A DNA stretch of 64,000 bases from Scyliorhinus canicula (lineage: Eukaryota), in NCBI RefSeq assembly GCF_902713615.1, contig NC_052149.1:126855256-126919255 (forward strand), in the 5' to 3' direction. The notes under the pieces were generated by a model. That model searched no databases, was not told the origin of the DNA, and saw nothing but the letters and a program-made list of their open reading frames with translations. Positions 50,800 to 63,173 of this stretch are shown here, in pieces. The translations under genes and the position numbers were made by a program. Position 1 is the first letter of the stretch; each line of letters begins with the position of its first letter.

Positions 50800-52230
50800 G
50801 TGTCCAATACCCGGGCAGTGTGCACAACGCCTTCATCATAAACAACTGTGCCCAATACCCGGGCAGTGTGCACAACGTCTTCATCATAAACAACTGTGTC
50901 CAATACCCGGGCAGTGTGCACAACGCCTTCATCATAAACAACTGTGCCCAATACCCGGGCAGTGTGCACAACGCCTTCATCATAAACAACTGTGCCCAAT
51001 ACCCGGGCAGTGTGCACAACGTCTTCATCATAAACAACTGTGCCCAATACCCGGGCAGTGTGCAGAACGTCTTCATCATACACAACTGTGCCCAATACCC
51101 GGGCAGTGTGCACAACGTCTTCATCAGACTCAACTGTGCCCAATACCCGGGCAGTGTGCACAACGCCTTCATCAGACACAACTGTGCCCAATTCCGGGGC
51201 AGTGTGCACAACGTCTTCATCATACACAACTGTGCCCAATACCCGGGCAGTGTGCACAACGTCTTCATCATAAACAACTGTGCCCAATACCCGGGCAGTG
51301 TGCACAACGCCTTCATCATAAACAACTGTGCCCAATACCCGGGCAGTGTGCACAACTCCTTCATCATAAACAACTGTGCCCAATACCCGGGCAGTGTGCA
51401 CAACGTCTTCATCATACACAACTGTGCCCAATACCCGGGCAGTGTGCACAACGTCTTCATCATAAACAACTGTGCCCAATACCCGGGCAGTGTGCACAAC
51501 GCCTTCATCATAAACAACTGTGCCCAATACCCGGGCAGTGTGCACAACTCCTTCATCATACACAACTGTGCCCAATACCCGGGCAGTGTGCACAACGTCT
51601 TCATCATAAACAATTGTGCCCAATAACCGGGCAGTGTGCACAACGTCTTCATCAGACACAACTGTGCCTATACCCGGGCAGTGTGAACAACGTCTTCATC
51701 ATACACAACTGTGCCCAATATCCGGGCAGTGTGCACAACGTCTTCATCGGACACAACTGTGCCCAATACCCGGGCAGTGTGCACAACGTCTTCATCATAA
51801 ACAACTGTGCCCAATACCCGGGCAGTGTGCACAACGTCTTCATCATACACAACTGTGCCCAATACCCGGGCAGTGTGCACAACGTCTTCATCATACACAA
51901 CTGTGCCCAATACCCGGGCAGTGTGCACAACGTCTTCATCATACACAACTGTGCCCAATACCCGGGCAGTGTGCACAACGTCTTCATCATAAACAACTGT
52001 GCCCAATACCCGGGCAGTGTGCACAAAGCCTTCATCATACACAACTGTGCCCAATACCCGGGCAGTGTGCACAATGTCTTTATCATACACAACTGTGCCC
52101 AATACCCGAGCAGTGTGCACAACGTCTTCATCATAAACAACTGTGCCCAATACCCGGGCAGTGTGCACAACGTCTTCATCATACACAACTGTGCCCAATA
52201 CCCGGGCAGTGTGCACAACTCCTTCATCCT
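50800..52230 (+). repeat. 48-bp coding minisatellite, ~30 copies (YPGSVHNAFIINNCAQ)n
   Basis: Unit tacccgggcagtgtgcacaacgccttcatcataaacaactgtgcccaa. Confidence 0.96.
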
Positions 52231-52285
52231 GGCACATTCGATGATTCCTGACATGTTCGAGATGCCCCCCCCCAACTGAGGGGTT

Positions 52286-53305
52286 TGTTGTGTTATACAC
52301 CCTGGGGTAACATGGACTGCAACATGATGCAGATAAACGATAAAGCATACACCAAACATAGGCGTTAGTTCAATAAGTTTTATTGAACTTCAGTAACGAA
52401 GCACGCAGCTGCCTGTGGGTTGACTCTCTACTACTCGAAGTAAACTAACTCTAACTATCTGGACCAGGCTAGCTCTGATCCACGTGTAGAAGGTGTTGGC
52501 TGATTTGTACACCCTGTTGTGGGAGCTGTGTTTTCAGAACCCCAAAATGTACCATGGAGTTCAACCAACCTCTCCCTTTAATGGATTGTTGCTTTTGAAG
52601 CACACGGCTTGGTCTCCAGGTGTGGGATTACAATTATGGACACGTGGGTTTTTAAACACAAAACAATGTTTATTCCATAAATTCAACTTAACCTTTTTAA
52701 ATAAACATTGGCTCATTTACCACCCCTTACTCCAAAGATAACCCCGAAAATAATACTACACTAAATAATCCCTCAAAATGGTCCTTCAAACCTCCAACCT
52801 CCAAATGACTGAACACCTTTAACAACAGAAACACATCAGGTTAAAGACATTACTATTATGAGTTTAAATCACCCAAATGATTCAGAGATAGTCTTTCATG
52901 GCAGAGATCACAACAGGTCCAGCTCACTGCAAACACAGACACACCCAAGCTCTTTTCCTCAAAACGGAAACCAAAACACTGCAAAATGGCTGAGCTAAAA
53001 CCCCAGCTCCACCCACACTCTGACATCACTTCAGTAATATGAGCTGCTCCATTTCTTAAAGTTACATTACTTAGACATCCATTTCTTAAAGGTACTCTCA
53101 CGTGACAACCCTGACTGTCACTACAGTTGTCCCCAGTGGAAAGAGGCAGAGTGCTGAGGCCTTGTGTGTTTTATAGTTGGAAGCCACCCTCTGGTGTTCT
53201 GTCTGGTGATTGGTTGTGTTCTGTTCTGTATGTTGATTGGCTCACCTGGGTGTCTGTTACTGCCTGTTTTTGCATCATGATGTGCATGGGTGCATATTAT
53301 GACAG
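52286..53305. mobile_element. Solo LTR inside the transposase, containing a nested solo LTR (52515-53107, ACCC TSD)
   Basis: TGTTG...TATGACA outer termini; inner TGTTG...GTGACA flanked by ACCC at 52511-52514 and 53108-53111. Confidence 0.8.
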
Positions 53306-53699
53306 GATTTGCTCCTGGGTGATAGGGGTTATCCACTGCGGCTGTGGCTGATGACGTGGAGACCCTCTACAACGACGCCCATGTAGGACTAGGGGTGTGA
53401 CCGAGCGGTGCTTCGGCCTCCTGAAGATGTGGTTCAGGTGCCTGGACCACTCCGGAGGGGCCCTTCAGTTTGGTCCCGAGAGGGTCGCCCGCATTATGGT
53501 GGCCTGCTGTACCCTCCACAACATCACGCAGCAGAGGGGCAATGTGCTGGCAGAAGAGGTTGAACACCCGGCCTCCTCTGATGAGGAGGATGTAGGGGAG
53601 GGCGAGACAGGCAGGGCTTGGGCAGGCACTGGAGGCCCTACAATGTGTGCACAAGGGCCAATGTACACGGGACGCTCTGATCACCTCCAGATTCACAGA

Positions 53700-55860
53700 C
53701 TGACGGTGTCTGACCAAGGGCACAGACACCACAATGCCCCCCACACACCCCGCCCCGCCTCCTGGCCACTCGCCCGCCCACAACCTCCTCTATGATACAT
53801 TCCTGCCACACTACGGGATGCAGACCCTGGTTGGCTGTAACAGCGGGTCTGGTCTATGGGATGGAAGATGATGACAGCCCGCTCAGCAATGAGCTCTGGT
53901 GCTCCGCATCGTTTGACAATGTCTGACTCCTGCCACAATAGCACTTTCCACCTGGGTGATCCCTGCCTGCGAGCTGACCAGTCCATCACACAGTCCCATC
54001 AAATCATTGATGTGGCGGAAGTTGGGACGGTGGTAGTTGTGGGTGGCGGGGGAATGGGACACCGGAGCGGTGGGCGCTTTCTGAACTGTGGCCTTTTAGC
54101 CAAGCCAACCCCCAACAACCGTCCATTTCCCCTGCCCCACGCACCCTATCTGGCCAGCCCAGACCAGCCCACCCCTCACACCCATCCGACAGAGCACCAA
54201 GGCAGGTTGTAACAGTGTGAACAGGTGTTTAATGTGACAACAAATATACAGATTGGGCCCTAGCCCCCGTCACTAAACTGTGTCCTGCACCCATGCCAAC
54301 ATAAGGGGGATACGGTAGCATATTGGTTACCACAATGGCTTCACAGCACCAGGGTCCCTGGTTCGATTCCCGGCTTGGGTCACTGTCTGTGCGGAGTCTG
54401 CAAATTCTCCCCGTGTGTGCATGGGTTTCCTCCGGGTGCTCCGGATTCCTTCCACAGTCCAAAGATGTGCAGGTTAGGTGGATTGGCCAAGATAAATTGC
54501 CCTTAGTGTCCAAAAAAGGTAAGGTAAAGTGGGGTTACGGGGATAGGGTGGAAGTGTGGGGATGGGGTGGAGGTGTGGGCTTAGGTAGGGTGCTCTTTCT
54601 AAGGGCCGGTGCAGACTCGGTGGGCTGAATGGCCTCCTTCTGCACTGTAAATACTGTGATTCTGTGAAAACTGCTTTCTAATTTTCTGTCCTTACAGGTC
54701 CTAATGCTACCTCCAGGTGAATCAGGGGTGGAGGCGGCCTGCTGTGATTCCTACTCTGTGACCTGGGTCCCCTTTGCTGGCCATCTTCTGGGGAAAATGG
54801 GCCTGGATGGACCCGGCTGCTGTTCGACTGTCCCAGGTAGCGTGGTGCTGCCCTGTTCTGCCCGCTGTGACTGCACTGTCCAGCAGTGTCTGGCACATTG
54901 CTGCCTGTGAGGGGGCAGCCTTGTACTGGGCCGAGGCCAGCGGCCGCAGAGTGTGCCCCAAGCCTTGGACATGCTGACCCAGGGCTGAAACCCTCGCCCC
55001 AAGGCCTCCACTGCGGACCTGGGTGTCACCATGGCAGCACCACCTCCTGCTCCTGCACACGGTTGGATTCCTCCACCTTCTCCTGCAGGTGCTGGATACT
55101 CACCAACAACCCCTCATGTAGTCGCTGAATCTGCGACTGCATCACCACAATCGATGGGACTGTCCGTTCCAGCACCCCAACACCCTTCTGGATGGCAGCT
55201 AGTCCCTGGGGCCGGCCCACCCTCCGACCGTCCGTGCCCTCGGGAGCTCCTACCTCCACCTGCTGTACTGGAGCATGTGTGTGGTGGCACCAGATAGTGT
55301 CCCAGGAGCTTCTTCACTAAGGTGCCCCGCCGAGGTGAGTATCTCTGGGATGGTGGAGGGTGTTGGAGACAGCTTAGCAGTGCTAGCCTGGCATGTTGGC
55401 AGTGCCACCTGGTGACTCTGGCAATGCCATCTGGTCACCCTGGCAATGCCACACTGGCCCTGCCAAGATGTCCATGGGGCACAACCAGTATGGCATGAGC
55501 ACTGCCAGGGTGTCAGGCTGGCACTGCCATGCTGCCCGGGCAGCAGGCTGTCCGAGCCTGGGATCAGGCCCCGAGCGTTCCCTGCCTTGACCGTGTGGAT
55601 GGGGGTGGGTCGAGAACCCTCTAATCGGTAATTTTGGGAATCCGGAGGCCGCGGTGGGAGTTGAGGGATGGGGGCAGCATTTAAAGATCACCCCCTGATC
55701 TCTCCCTGCACTGACGGGCTCAGCTCGCAGGAAGTGGATTTCAGTGCGGCCTCGGAGGCTCCTTCCTCACCGCCGCCCAAATATCCCAGAATCCCGGTTA
55801 ATAACGGAATCATTTTCAGCACTACAGGCTCCGGGAAACACCCCACTAAACACACCCAAA
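53700..55860 (-). mobile_element. Myb/SANT partner-gene remnant of the Harbinger element, convergent with the transposase; SINE at about 54320-54655
   Basis: LERTVPSIVVMQSQIQRLHEGL is homologous to LETTVPSIMEIQSQSRGLQEGL at 23943-24593. Confidence 0.6.
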
Positions 55861-56522
55861 ACAGGAGCCTGTTCATTCCCAGTTTCATTGCTCCCTGAGT
55901 AACTCAGTCGCTGCAGAAATGTTGTGGTGATCGGAGGGCCAGAGACAGATAGTTAGGATTTTGAAAGTGCCGTTGGAAGTGAATTGGGGAATAGGTTTTT
56001 CCAGGGATGGATACAGAAGGGGGTAGGGTTGGGGTGTGGAAGGGGGATGTGGGTGGGGAGTGATATAAGGAAGTGATCAGTGATGGTCTTATCTGTGATT
56101 GAAACACTGGGAGTAGTGAGAGCACGTGAGGAGGTAAGGTCATATACAATTCATAGACTTCATAGAATTCATAGAATTTACAATGCAGAAGGAGGCCATT
56201 CAGCCCATCGAGTCCACACTGGCCCTTGGAAAGAGCACCCCACCTAAGCTCATGCCTCTACCCTATCCTCGTAACCCAGTAACCCCACCTAACCTTTTTG
56301 GACACTGAGAGCAATTTAGCATGGCCAATCCACCTAATCTGCACATCTTTGGATTGTGGAGGAACCGGAGCACCCAAAGAAAACCCACACAGACACAGGG
56401 AGAATATGGGAGAAGGGGGAGGTGGAGAATATGGGTTGGAGAATTGTGATTGTGATGATTTAATCCCAGCAACTTTCAGTCTCTTTTCTGATTTGAATCT
56501 TGTAAACTCAGAGATTCCAGAT

Positions 56523-56789
56523 TGTTATAACCTGCCTGCTTCCCACTGGCTGGGTACTAATGGCAATCCCACAATCCTTTGGGAGTACGAGATTCCCCAA
56601 TGAGGGGGTTGGGGCAGAAATCATAAGCAGATTCGCTGCATAAATAAAGCTGGCCAGTTTGGAACCAGCTCGAGAGGAGTGAGCAGCAAGGGAGTTGCTG
56701 TTGCTGTTGTATATATATGTTATTGTAAATAAATGTTATTTCTTTCTAACCTTCAACTCGTGCTGGATTCTTCGTGACCTCACAAAACA
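56523..56789 (+). mobile_element. Probable short solo LTR just downstream of the Ig poly(A) region
   Basis: TGTTA...AAACA termini with internal AATAAA; no clear TSD. Confidence 0.45.
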
Positions 56790-56975
56790 AATAAAACTGA
56801 TCATTTAAAAATGATTGATAATTGTCTTTGAATCCAATCTTCTGCTAATGTGTCATTGATTGACAGGCCAACCAGCCAATCATGACAATCACTTGCTGAA
56901 ATGCAGCCAATCAGCTGATGGGGAGGAGGGACATTTCCAAAGCACACTCGAGACACAGACTGAATATTCTTAATG

Positions 56976-56981
56976 TTTATT
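56976..56981 (-). terminator. Probable poly(A) signal of the light-chain mRNA
   Basis: AATAAA on the minus strand about 500 bp after the C stop codon. Confidence 0.5.
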
Positions 56982-57486
56982 ACCTTTTACAGATTTACAT
57001 TGTCAGAAAAAAGACTTGAATAAACAGCCCAGCCAGAGAAAGCTGGAGAAATTCACAGGGAAAATATGGAGATTTTCTAAATGACATGAGAATCCTGTCC
57101 CTTTAAACGGTGACTAAACCTTAAATTGTAACTGCAGGGTGAGCAGGAAGGAGGTCTGGTTTCCTGAAGCAGAGATTTCAGGGGTCACATTATTTTGGTA
57201 CAGCTGACAGTCTTCAGCATCTTGGAGAGGTTTTACTTGGCATCACGAGTCTGCACTGTCCCATCAAACATTCCCAGGACAAATGCTGCATGGGATTATA
57301 TACAGAGTAAATATCCCTCTACAATGTCCCAAAAACATGTCTTAACCCCTGACCCTCAGAAGTGTCTCAGACCCAATCCCGAGAAGGAAGTGAGTTGTAA
57401 TTCAGTGCTGACAATGACCTTTGCCCTCCCAGCTCACCCCTGTTCTATTTAAAGTTGTGTCTCCTCTGTGGACTGTGTCTGACACT

Positions 57487-57815
57487 CTACGCACATTCTG
57501 ATCTCCTGATGCTCTTGCTGAGGGCAGAGGAGAGGCTCACGTGGGTGAGGGCACAGGAGAAGCGGGCGTTGGACTCCCAGGCAGAGCCAGAGAGGGTCAG
57601 CAGGCTGCTGACACTGTAGGTGTTGTCCGAAGCTCGCAGGTAGTTGCTGGTCTGAACCCCGTCCGAAATGGCTGCACCATCCTTCTTCCACTCCACCACC
57701 AGCTCATCGGGATAGAAGTGATTGGCAAGGCACACCAGGGTGGCAGTGCCCTTGGTCTTGACCTCCTCCAGGGAGGGGGGCAGCAGGGTCAGCGTGGGTT
57801 GTGAATTCTCACGGC
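57487..57815 (-). CDS. IGKC: Ig kappa-type constant exon (S-RENSQPTLTLLPPSLEEVKTKGTATLVCLANHFYPDELVVEWKKDG...RFSCALTHVSLSSALSKSIRRSECA*)
   Basis: Polypyrimidine-AG acceptor at 57816; phase matches J (A|GC). Both intradomain Cys, the Trp and the penultimate interchain Cys are present; TAG at 57489-57487. Confidence 0.96.
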
Positions 57816-58290
57816 CTGAAAGAGAAAGGAAGGAATTTTAATTGCTACCTTAATAAAGGATTTCAACGTCCCGAATATTAACTGGAATCAAGACATGTGT
57901 CAATGTATAGATGATCCGGAATTCTGACAATCCATTCTGAGCAACCTTTCTAACCAGTACAGAACAATCCCAGCAAGAGAAGGAGCAGTTTTGGACAGTT
58001 TTAGCGATTGAATCTGGGCAGGTGAAGGAGTATCAGTGGGAGAGTATTTGGGTAATAGTGATCATAATTCAGTTAGATTTAGAGTAGTTATGGAAAAGGG
58101 TAAAGGCAGACCAAGAGGAAAAGTTTTAAATTGGGGAAAGGCCAATTTTCCAAAACTGGGATTTGCCAAAATGGACAGTAAACAGCGACTTGATTGTCAA
58201 ACAGTGACAGAGCCCGGGGAGAATATTCAAGCTGGAGATAGAGAGATTTCAGAACAAATATGTTCACACAAAGCAACGGTGAGGGACATT

Positions 58291-58930
58291 GGGCGGAATT
58301 CTCCACCCCCGCAGGTTCGGAGAATCGCCCAGGACCGGCGTAAATCCCGCTCCCGCCGTGGCTGGAATTCTCCGCCACCCGGGAATCGGCAGGAACGGGA
58401 ATCGCACCCCGCCGATCGGCGTGCCCCCGGCGGCGATTCACCGGCACGCGATGGGCCGAAGTCCCGCCGCTGACAGGCCTCTCCCGCCGACGTGGTTTCA
58501 ACCACCTCTGGTGGCAGCGGGATTTGTGGCGCGAGCAGGCCCCCGAGGTCCTGGGGGGGCGCGGTGCGATAGGACCCCGGGGGGTGCTCCCACAGTGGCC
58601 TGGTCCGCGATCAGGGCCCACCGATCGGCGGGCGGGCCAGTGCCATGGGGCACTCTTTTCCTTCCGCCGCCGCCACTGCCTCCACCATGGCGGAGGCTGA
58701 ACTGACGCACCAGCGCATGCGTGGACCGGTGAAGTCCTTTCGGCCAGCCCCAACGCCAGGCGGTGTGCGTCAAAGGTCGTTGGTGCCGGTTTTGGCACCA
58801 GTTGGCGTGGCGCCAACCCCTCAGGGTGCGGAGAATTCTGCACCTTTGGGGAGACCCGAATCCAGAGTGGTTGGCGCCACTCCGCTACGCCGGGACCCCC
58901 TGCCCCGCCGGGTAGGGGAGAATCCCGGCC
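58291..58930. mobile_element. Harbinger MITE with ATT TSD in the J-C intron
   Basis: GGGCGGAATTCTCC / GGAGAATCCCGGCC, flanked by ATT on both sides. Confidence 0.88.
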
Positions 58931-61074
58931 ATTGTGAGTGGATAACTAATGAATGTGTGGGATCAATTAGAGAGAAAAATGTAACTTATGTGTGGAGGTG
59001 GAAGGCATGGAGATGGTTCTTAATGAATAATTTACATCAGTTTTCACTAATGCGAGGGACAAAGCAGACATTGGAGTTCAGGAGGAGGAGAATTGTGAAA
59101 TATTGGATGTGATAAAGATAGTGAGAGAGAAGATATTAACGTGTTTATCAGCTTTGAAAGGGGAGATACCCCCAGGCCCGGGTGAAATGTATCCCAGGCT
59201 GCTAAGGGAAGGAAGGGAAGAAATAGCGGAGGCTCTGACCATTATTTTCCAATCCTCTCTGACTACAGGCTTGGTGTCAGAGGACTGCTGGATGATAATG
59301 TTGTACCATTGTTTAAAAAGGGAGGATGAGATAGGCTGAGGGAGCGATTTTGAATTTGATGAGGAGGGAACAAGGAGGGTTGATGACGGGAGTGAGTTTA
59401 ATGTTGACAACATGGGTTTTCCAAGGATTTTGCCAAGTTTCCAATGACAGACGGGTTTGGAAATTAAAAGCTGATGGAATCCAAGGGAAAGTGACAAATT
59501 GGATTTCAAATTGGTTCAGAGTCGAGAGGTAAAGGTTTGATGTTAAGCTGATTAAAATCATTTTGGAATGATGCTTAGACATTTGTAAAGAAGTTCACTA
59601 CAAATTCAGCACTGAAATGGTTAATAGTGAGAGTATTTAAAGATGCAGTGTCCCATTTAATCCTATTAAACTATTAGGAAGCTCGAACTGTTGATCAGTA
59701 TTTCTGGGGGAACAGGTTGAACATTAACAAACCTCAAATCACACACAGAACTGGAGAAATTTATCCCAGAAATTTGGAGCAGACGTGGATCAACACACTT
59801 CACAAAGGATACTGATTGGCTGCCAGTGTAGAATGTTCTAGATTTCACTTCAAACCTTGCTGCCCAGCCCTGGGCTCAGGTCAAGAGTGAGATTCCGATT
59901 AGCCTCTGTGTCCAGGGGTCAGAATAATCTATCCTTGCTGCTGTGCGGGAACGTCCGGTTCACCAGCCGCGTGATTATTGGCTGCGTGCCATTCACTGGC
60001 GGCAGGATTATATCTGTCCGTCGATTGTCAATGGGATTTACCACAGCAACCACCCGATGCCACTGTGAAACCCGCTGGCGGTGATGTGCTGCTGGTGGGA
60101 AAATTGAACAGCAACACTGGAGAAATCCGCCCCCTATTTCTGGTGGTCTTGTGTCCAGGTCACACCCCCCAGCCAAGCTGTTCCAGTTTAGATACATAAC
60201 TGGCATCGACCAGTTACCCAGGTGTGTCCTGTCAACAAAAAGCTGACAAATTCAATCCGGACAATTACTGTCCGTCAGTCATCTCGCGATCATCAGCAAA
60301 ATGATGGGTGTTGTTAACGACAGTGTTATCAAGTTGCATTTACTCAGCAATAACCTGCTCACTGACGCTCAGTTAAGGATCTGCCAGGGTCTCTCAGCTC
60401 CTGACCTCATTACAGCCTTGGTTCAAACATGGACAAAAGAGCTGAACTCCAGCGGTGAGGCCAGAGTAACTGCCCTTTGACCTCGAGGCAACATTTGACC
60501 AAGTTTGGCATCAAGGAGCCCGAGCAAAACTGGAGTCAATGGGAATCAGGGGGAAAACTCTCTGCTGGTTGGAGTCATTCCCAGCACAAAGGAAGATGGC
60601 TGTTGTTTGGGGTTTTAACTCTCCAATCTATATTAATGAGCTGGATGAAGGCAACGAGAGTATTGTAGCTAAATTTACTGATGATAAAATGATAGGTAGG
60701 AAAGCAAGTTGTGAGGAGGATACAGAGTCTGAAAAGGGATATTGATAGGTTCAGTGAGTGGGGAGAACATTTGACAGATGGAGTATAATGTGGGGAAATG
60801 TGAGCTTGTCCACTTTGTTAGGGAGAATAGAAAAGCAGAATATTATTGAAATGGAGAGAGACTGCAGAAAGCTGTGATACAGAGGGATCTGGGTGTCCTT
60901 GTGTATGAATCACAGAAAGTTAACCTGCAGGTACAGCAAGTGATGAGGAAGGTCAGTGGAATGTTGTCTTTATTACATGGGGGATGGAGTATAAAAGTAG
61001 GGAAGTCTTGCTCCATCGATACAGCACATTGGGGAGACTACACCGTGAGTACTGGGGAAAGGTTTGGTCTCATA

Positions 61075-61490
61075 GAATCATAGAATTTACAGTGCAGAAG
61101 GAGGCCATTCGGCCCATCGAGTGGAAAGAGCACCCTACATTTTCTTTTTTTATTAAATAAATTTAAAATGCCCAATTTATTTTTTCCAATTAAGAGGCAA
61201 TTTGGTGTGGACAATCCACCTACCCTGCACATTTTTGGGTTGTGGGGGCGGAACACACGCAAACACAGGGAGAATGTGCAACCTCCACACGGACAGTGAC
61301 CCAGAGCAGGGATCGAACCTGGGATCTAGGGGCCATGAGGCAGCAGTGCTAACCACTGCGCCACCGTGCAGCCTTCAAAAGAGCACCCTACTTAAGCCCA
61401 CACCTGCACCCTATCCTCGTAACCCAGCAACCCCACCCAACCCTAAGGCAATTTAGCATGGCCAATCCACCTAACCTGCACATGTTTGGA
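61075..61490 (-). mobile_element. CR1-tailed V-SINE containing a nested poly(A) V-SINE (61139-61377)
   Basis: 14-bp TSD aaagagcaccctac at 61125-61138 and 61378-61391. Confidence 0.85.
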
Positions 61491-62752
61491 AGTCCTTACT
61501 TATGGACGGATGTTCCGACATTGGAAGCAGTTCAGAGAAGGTTCACTGGGCTGATTCCACTGAGGAATGGAATGTCTGATGAGGAAAGGTTGAGCTGGTT
61601 GGTTCTGTACTCATTGCAGAATGAGAGGTGATCTTATTGAAACATATAAGATTCCGAGGGAGCTTGACAGGGTGGATGCTGAGAGAATGTTTCCCCTTGT
61701 GGGGAATCTAGAATGAGTGGACACAGTTTAAAAATAAGGGATCTCCATTTAGGGTGGAGATGAGGAGGAATTTCTTCTCCCAGAGGGTCGTTAGTTTTTG
61801 GAATTCTCTTTCCCAGAGAGCAGTGCATGCTGGGGCATTGAATATATTCCAGGCTGAGTTCGACAGATATCTGATTGACGAGGGTCAAAGGTTATGGGGA
61901 CCGACAGGAAAGTGGAGTTTGGGCCATTTTTAAAAGTTAATTTATGGGATGTGTAGGTCTGAAGTGGGAACCTGCCATCCTGACCTTGTCCGGCCTACAA
62001 GTGACTCCAGATCCGCAGCAATGTGTTGACTCTGAAATGCCCTCTGGAATGGCCGAGCAAGACACTCAGTTCAAGGGCAACTAGGGATGGGCAATAAATG
62101 CTGGCCCAGCCAGAGATCACACATCACATCAAACAATAAAAATATCTCCAGGGATTTTCAGGAATATTGGATCAGGAATAAATATCGGACTGAACTCGAC
62201 CCAACGAGAAAGTAACTGAGAGTCTCCCCAAAAGCCTGGAACACTGAAGCCACTGGATTGTGAGCCCTGCTGGACCTGTTTGTCATCAGAACTTTGCTAA
62301 GAGATAAGCAGGGAGTGGAGAGAGCAGAGTTAAAGCTGGGGGAAGTGGGACCTCGGTGTCTCACTGTGCTGCTGCTGCTGCTGTGATCAGTTATATCAGA
62401 GAGTGTGACAGGGAGCCAGAGCTCACATCAAACTCTGCTCGTGTCTGTCACACACAGACTGACAGGAGTCTAGTGAGTGATTTCACTCCATGGTCCAGGA
62501 ATGTGAACACAGTCTGCAAATGTCCAGATCTCCTCTACACGGTGGGTAAAAGCTGCTTACTTATATCTTGCTGCTTAAAGGGGGGAATGGAACTAAAGAA
62601 ATACAGCTGGGCACCCTGTTCTACACAGTGTTCTTCAATGAACCATTTCATTCACTGCAGCTCCCCACTAACACCTTCAACTATTCAGCATTTGTGTTTG
62701 AGAAAGTTTCAGTATTGAAAGGGTTAATAACGGAGGATTGGGGTTTACTTAC

Positions 62753-62787
62753 TCAGTCTGAGCTTGGTTCCTTTACCGAACGTAAGC
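62753..62787 (-). CDS. IGKJ: Ig kappa J segment (LTFGKGTKLRL)
   Basis: FGxG motif, abuts the 23-RSS heptamer, followed by a GTAAGT donor at 62752. A precise V-J join is in frame (QQSESLP-Q-LTFG). Confidence 0.96.
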
Positions 62788-62826
62788 CACACTGACAGCT
62801 TCCAGTGCAGGGGCTGTACAAAAACC
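62788..62826 (+). other. J recombination signal sequence, 23-bp spacer
   Basis: CACACTG (62788-62794; one mismatch to CACAGTG), 23 nt, ACAAAAACC (62818-62826), facing the V 12-RSS. Confidence 0.95.
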
Positions 62827-63173
62827 TCTGCTCTCTGCTTCACTCACTCACTCTCACCCTCTCTCTGTCTCTCTCTGTCTCTCACTCACTCATGTCTTTC
62901 TCTCTCACTCTTTCTCTCTCCCTGTTTCTCTCAATGTCTCTGTGTTTTGTTGGGAGACTTGAGAAGTCTAATTTTGAATGATAAATCCTTCAGCTGCTCT
63001 TCATACGTGGACATGGAGAATAAAAAACCTGAGGCCTTCAGTGACTGGAGTGTGTAGTGGACAGTGAAAATAATTTGTTCAGTTCCTTTTTTCTGTTTAA
63101 ATATAAAACTGTTTATATGTTATATAAAACTGTGGGTCGTGGTCTGGAGACGAGGTGGGGCTGTGTGTATTGG

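Larger units (their letters stand above)
50240..53700 (+). pseudogene. Harbinger/PIF (HARBI1-like) DDE transposase remnant, disrupted by an array and LTRs
   Basis: INGVHV..NRKGIHS..QLACNHQLRI..YPGSVH; LLGDRGYP..WLMT; ERCFGLLKMWFRCLD...CCTLHN. Confidence 0.88.
57850..62000 (+). mobile_element. CR1 ORF2 remnants filling the J-C intron, antisense to Ig
   Basis: YLGNSDHNSVRFRVVM, PGPGEMYPRLLRE and KFTDD...QRDLGVLV fragments. Confidence 0.75.

Noticed and set aside
50800-52230. Signal-joint or cryptic 12-RSS look-alike in each 48-bp unit (CAGTGTG|CACAACG-12-ACAACTGTG)
   Set aside because: The nonamer matches only 4/9, and the sequence is fully explained as the transposase GSVH codons.
62362-62368. 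Isolated heptamer in the J-C intron resembling the mammalian kappa intron RSS
   Set aside because: A single 7-mer is expected by chance about every 8 kb on two strands, and no partner RSS was found.
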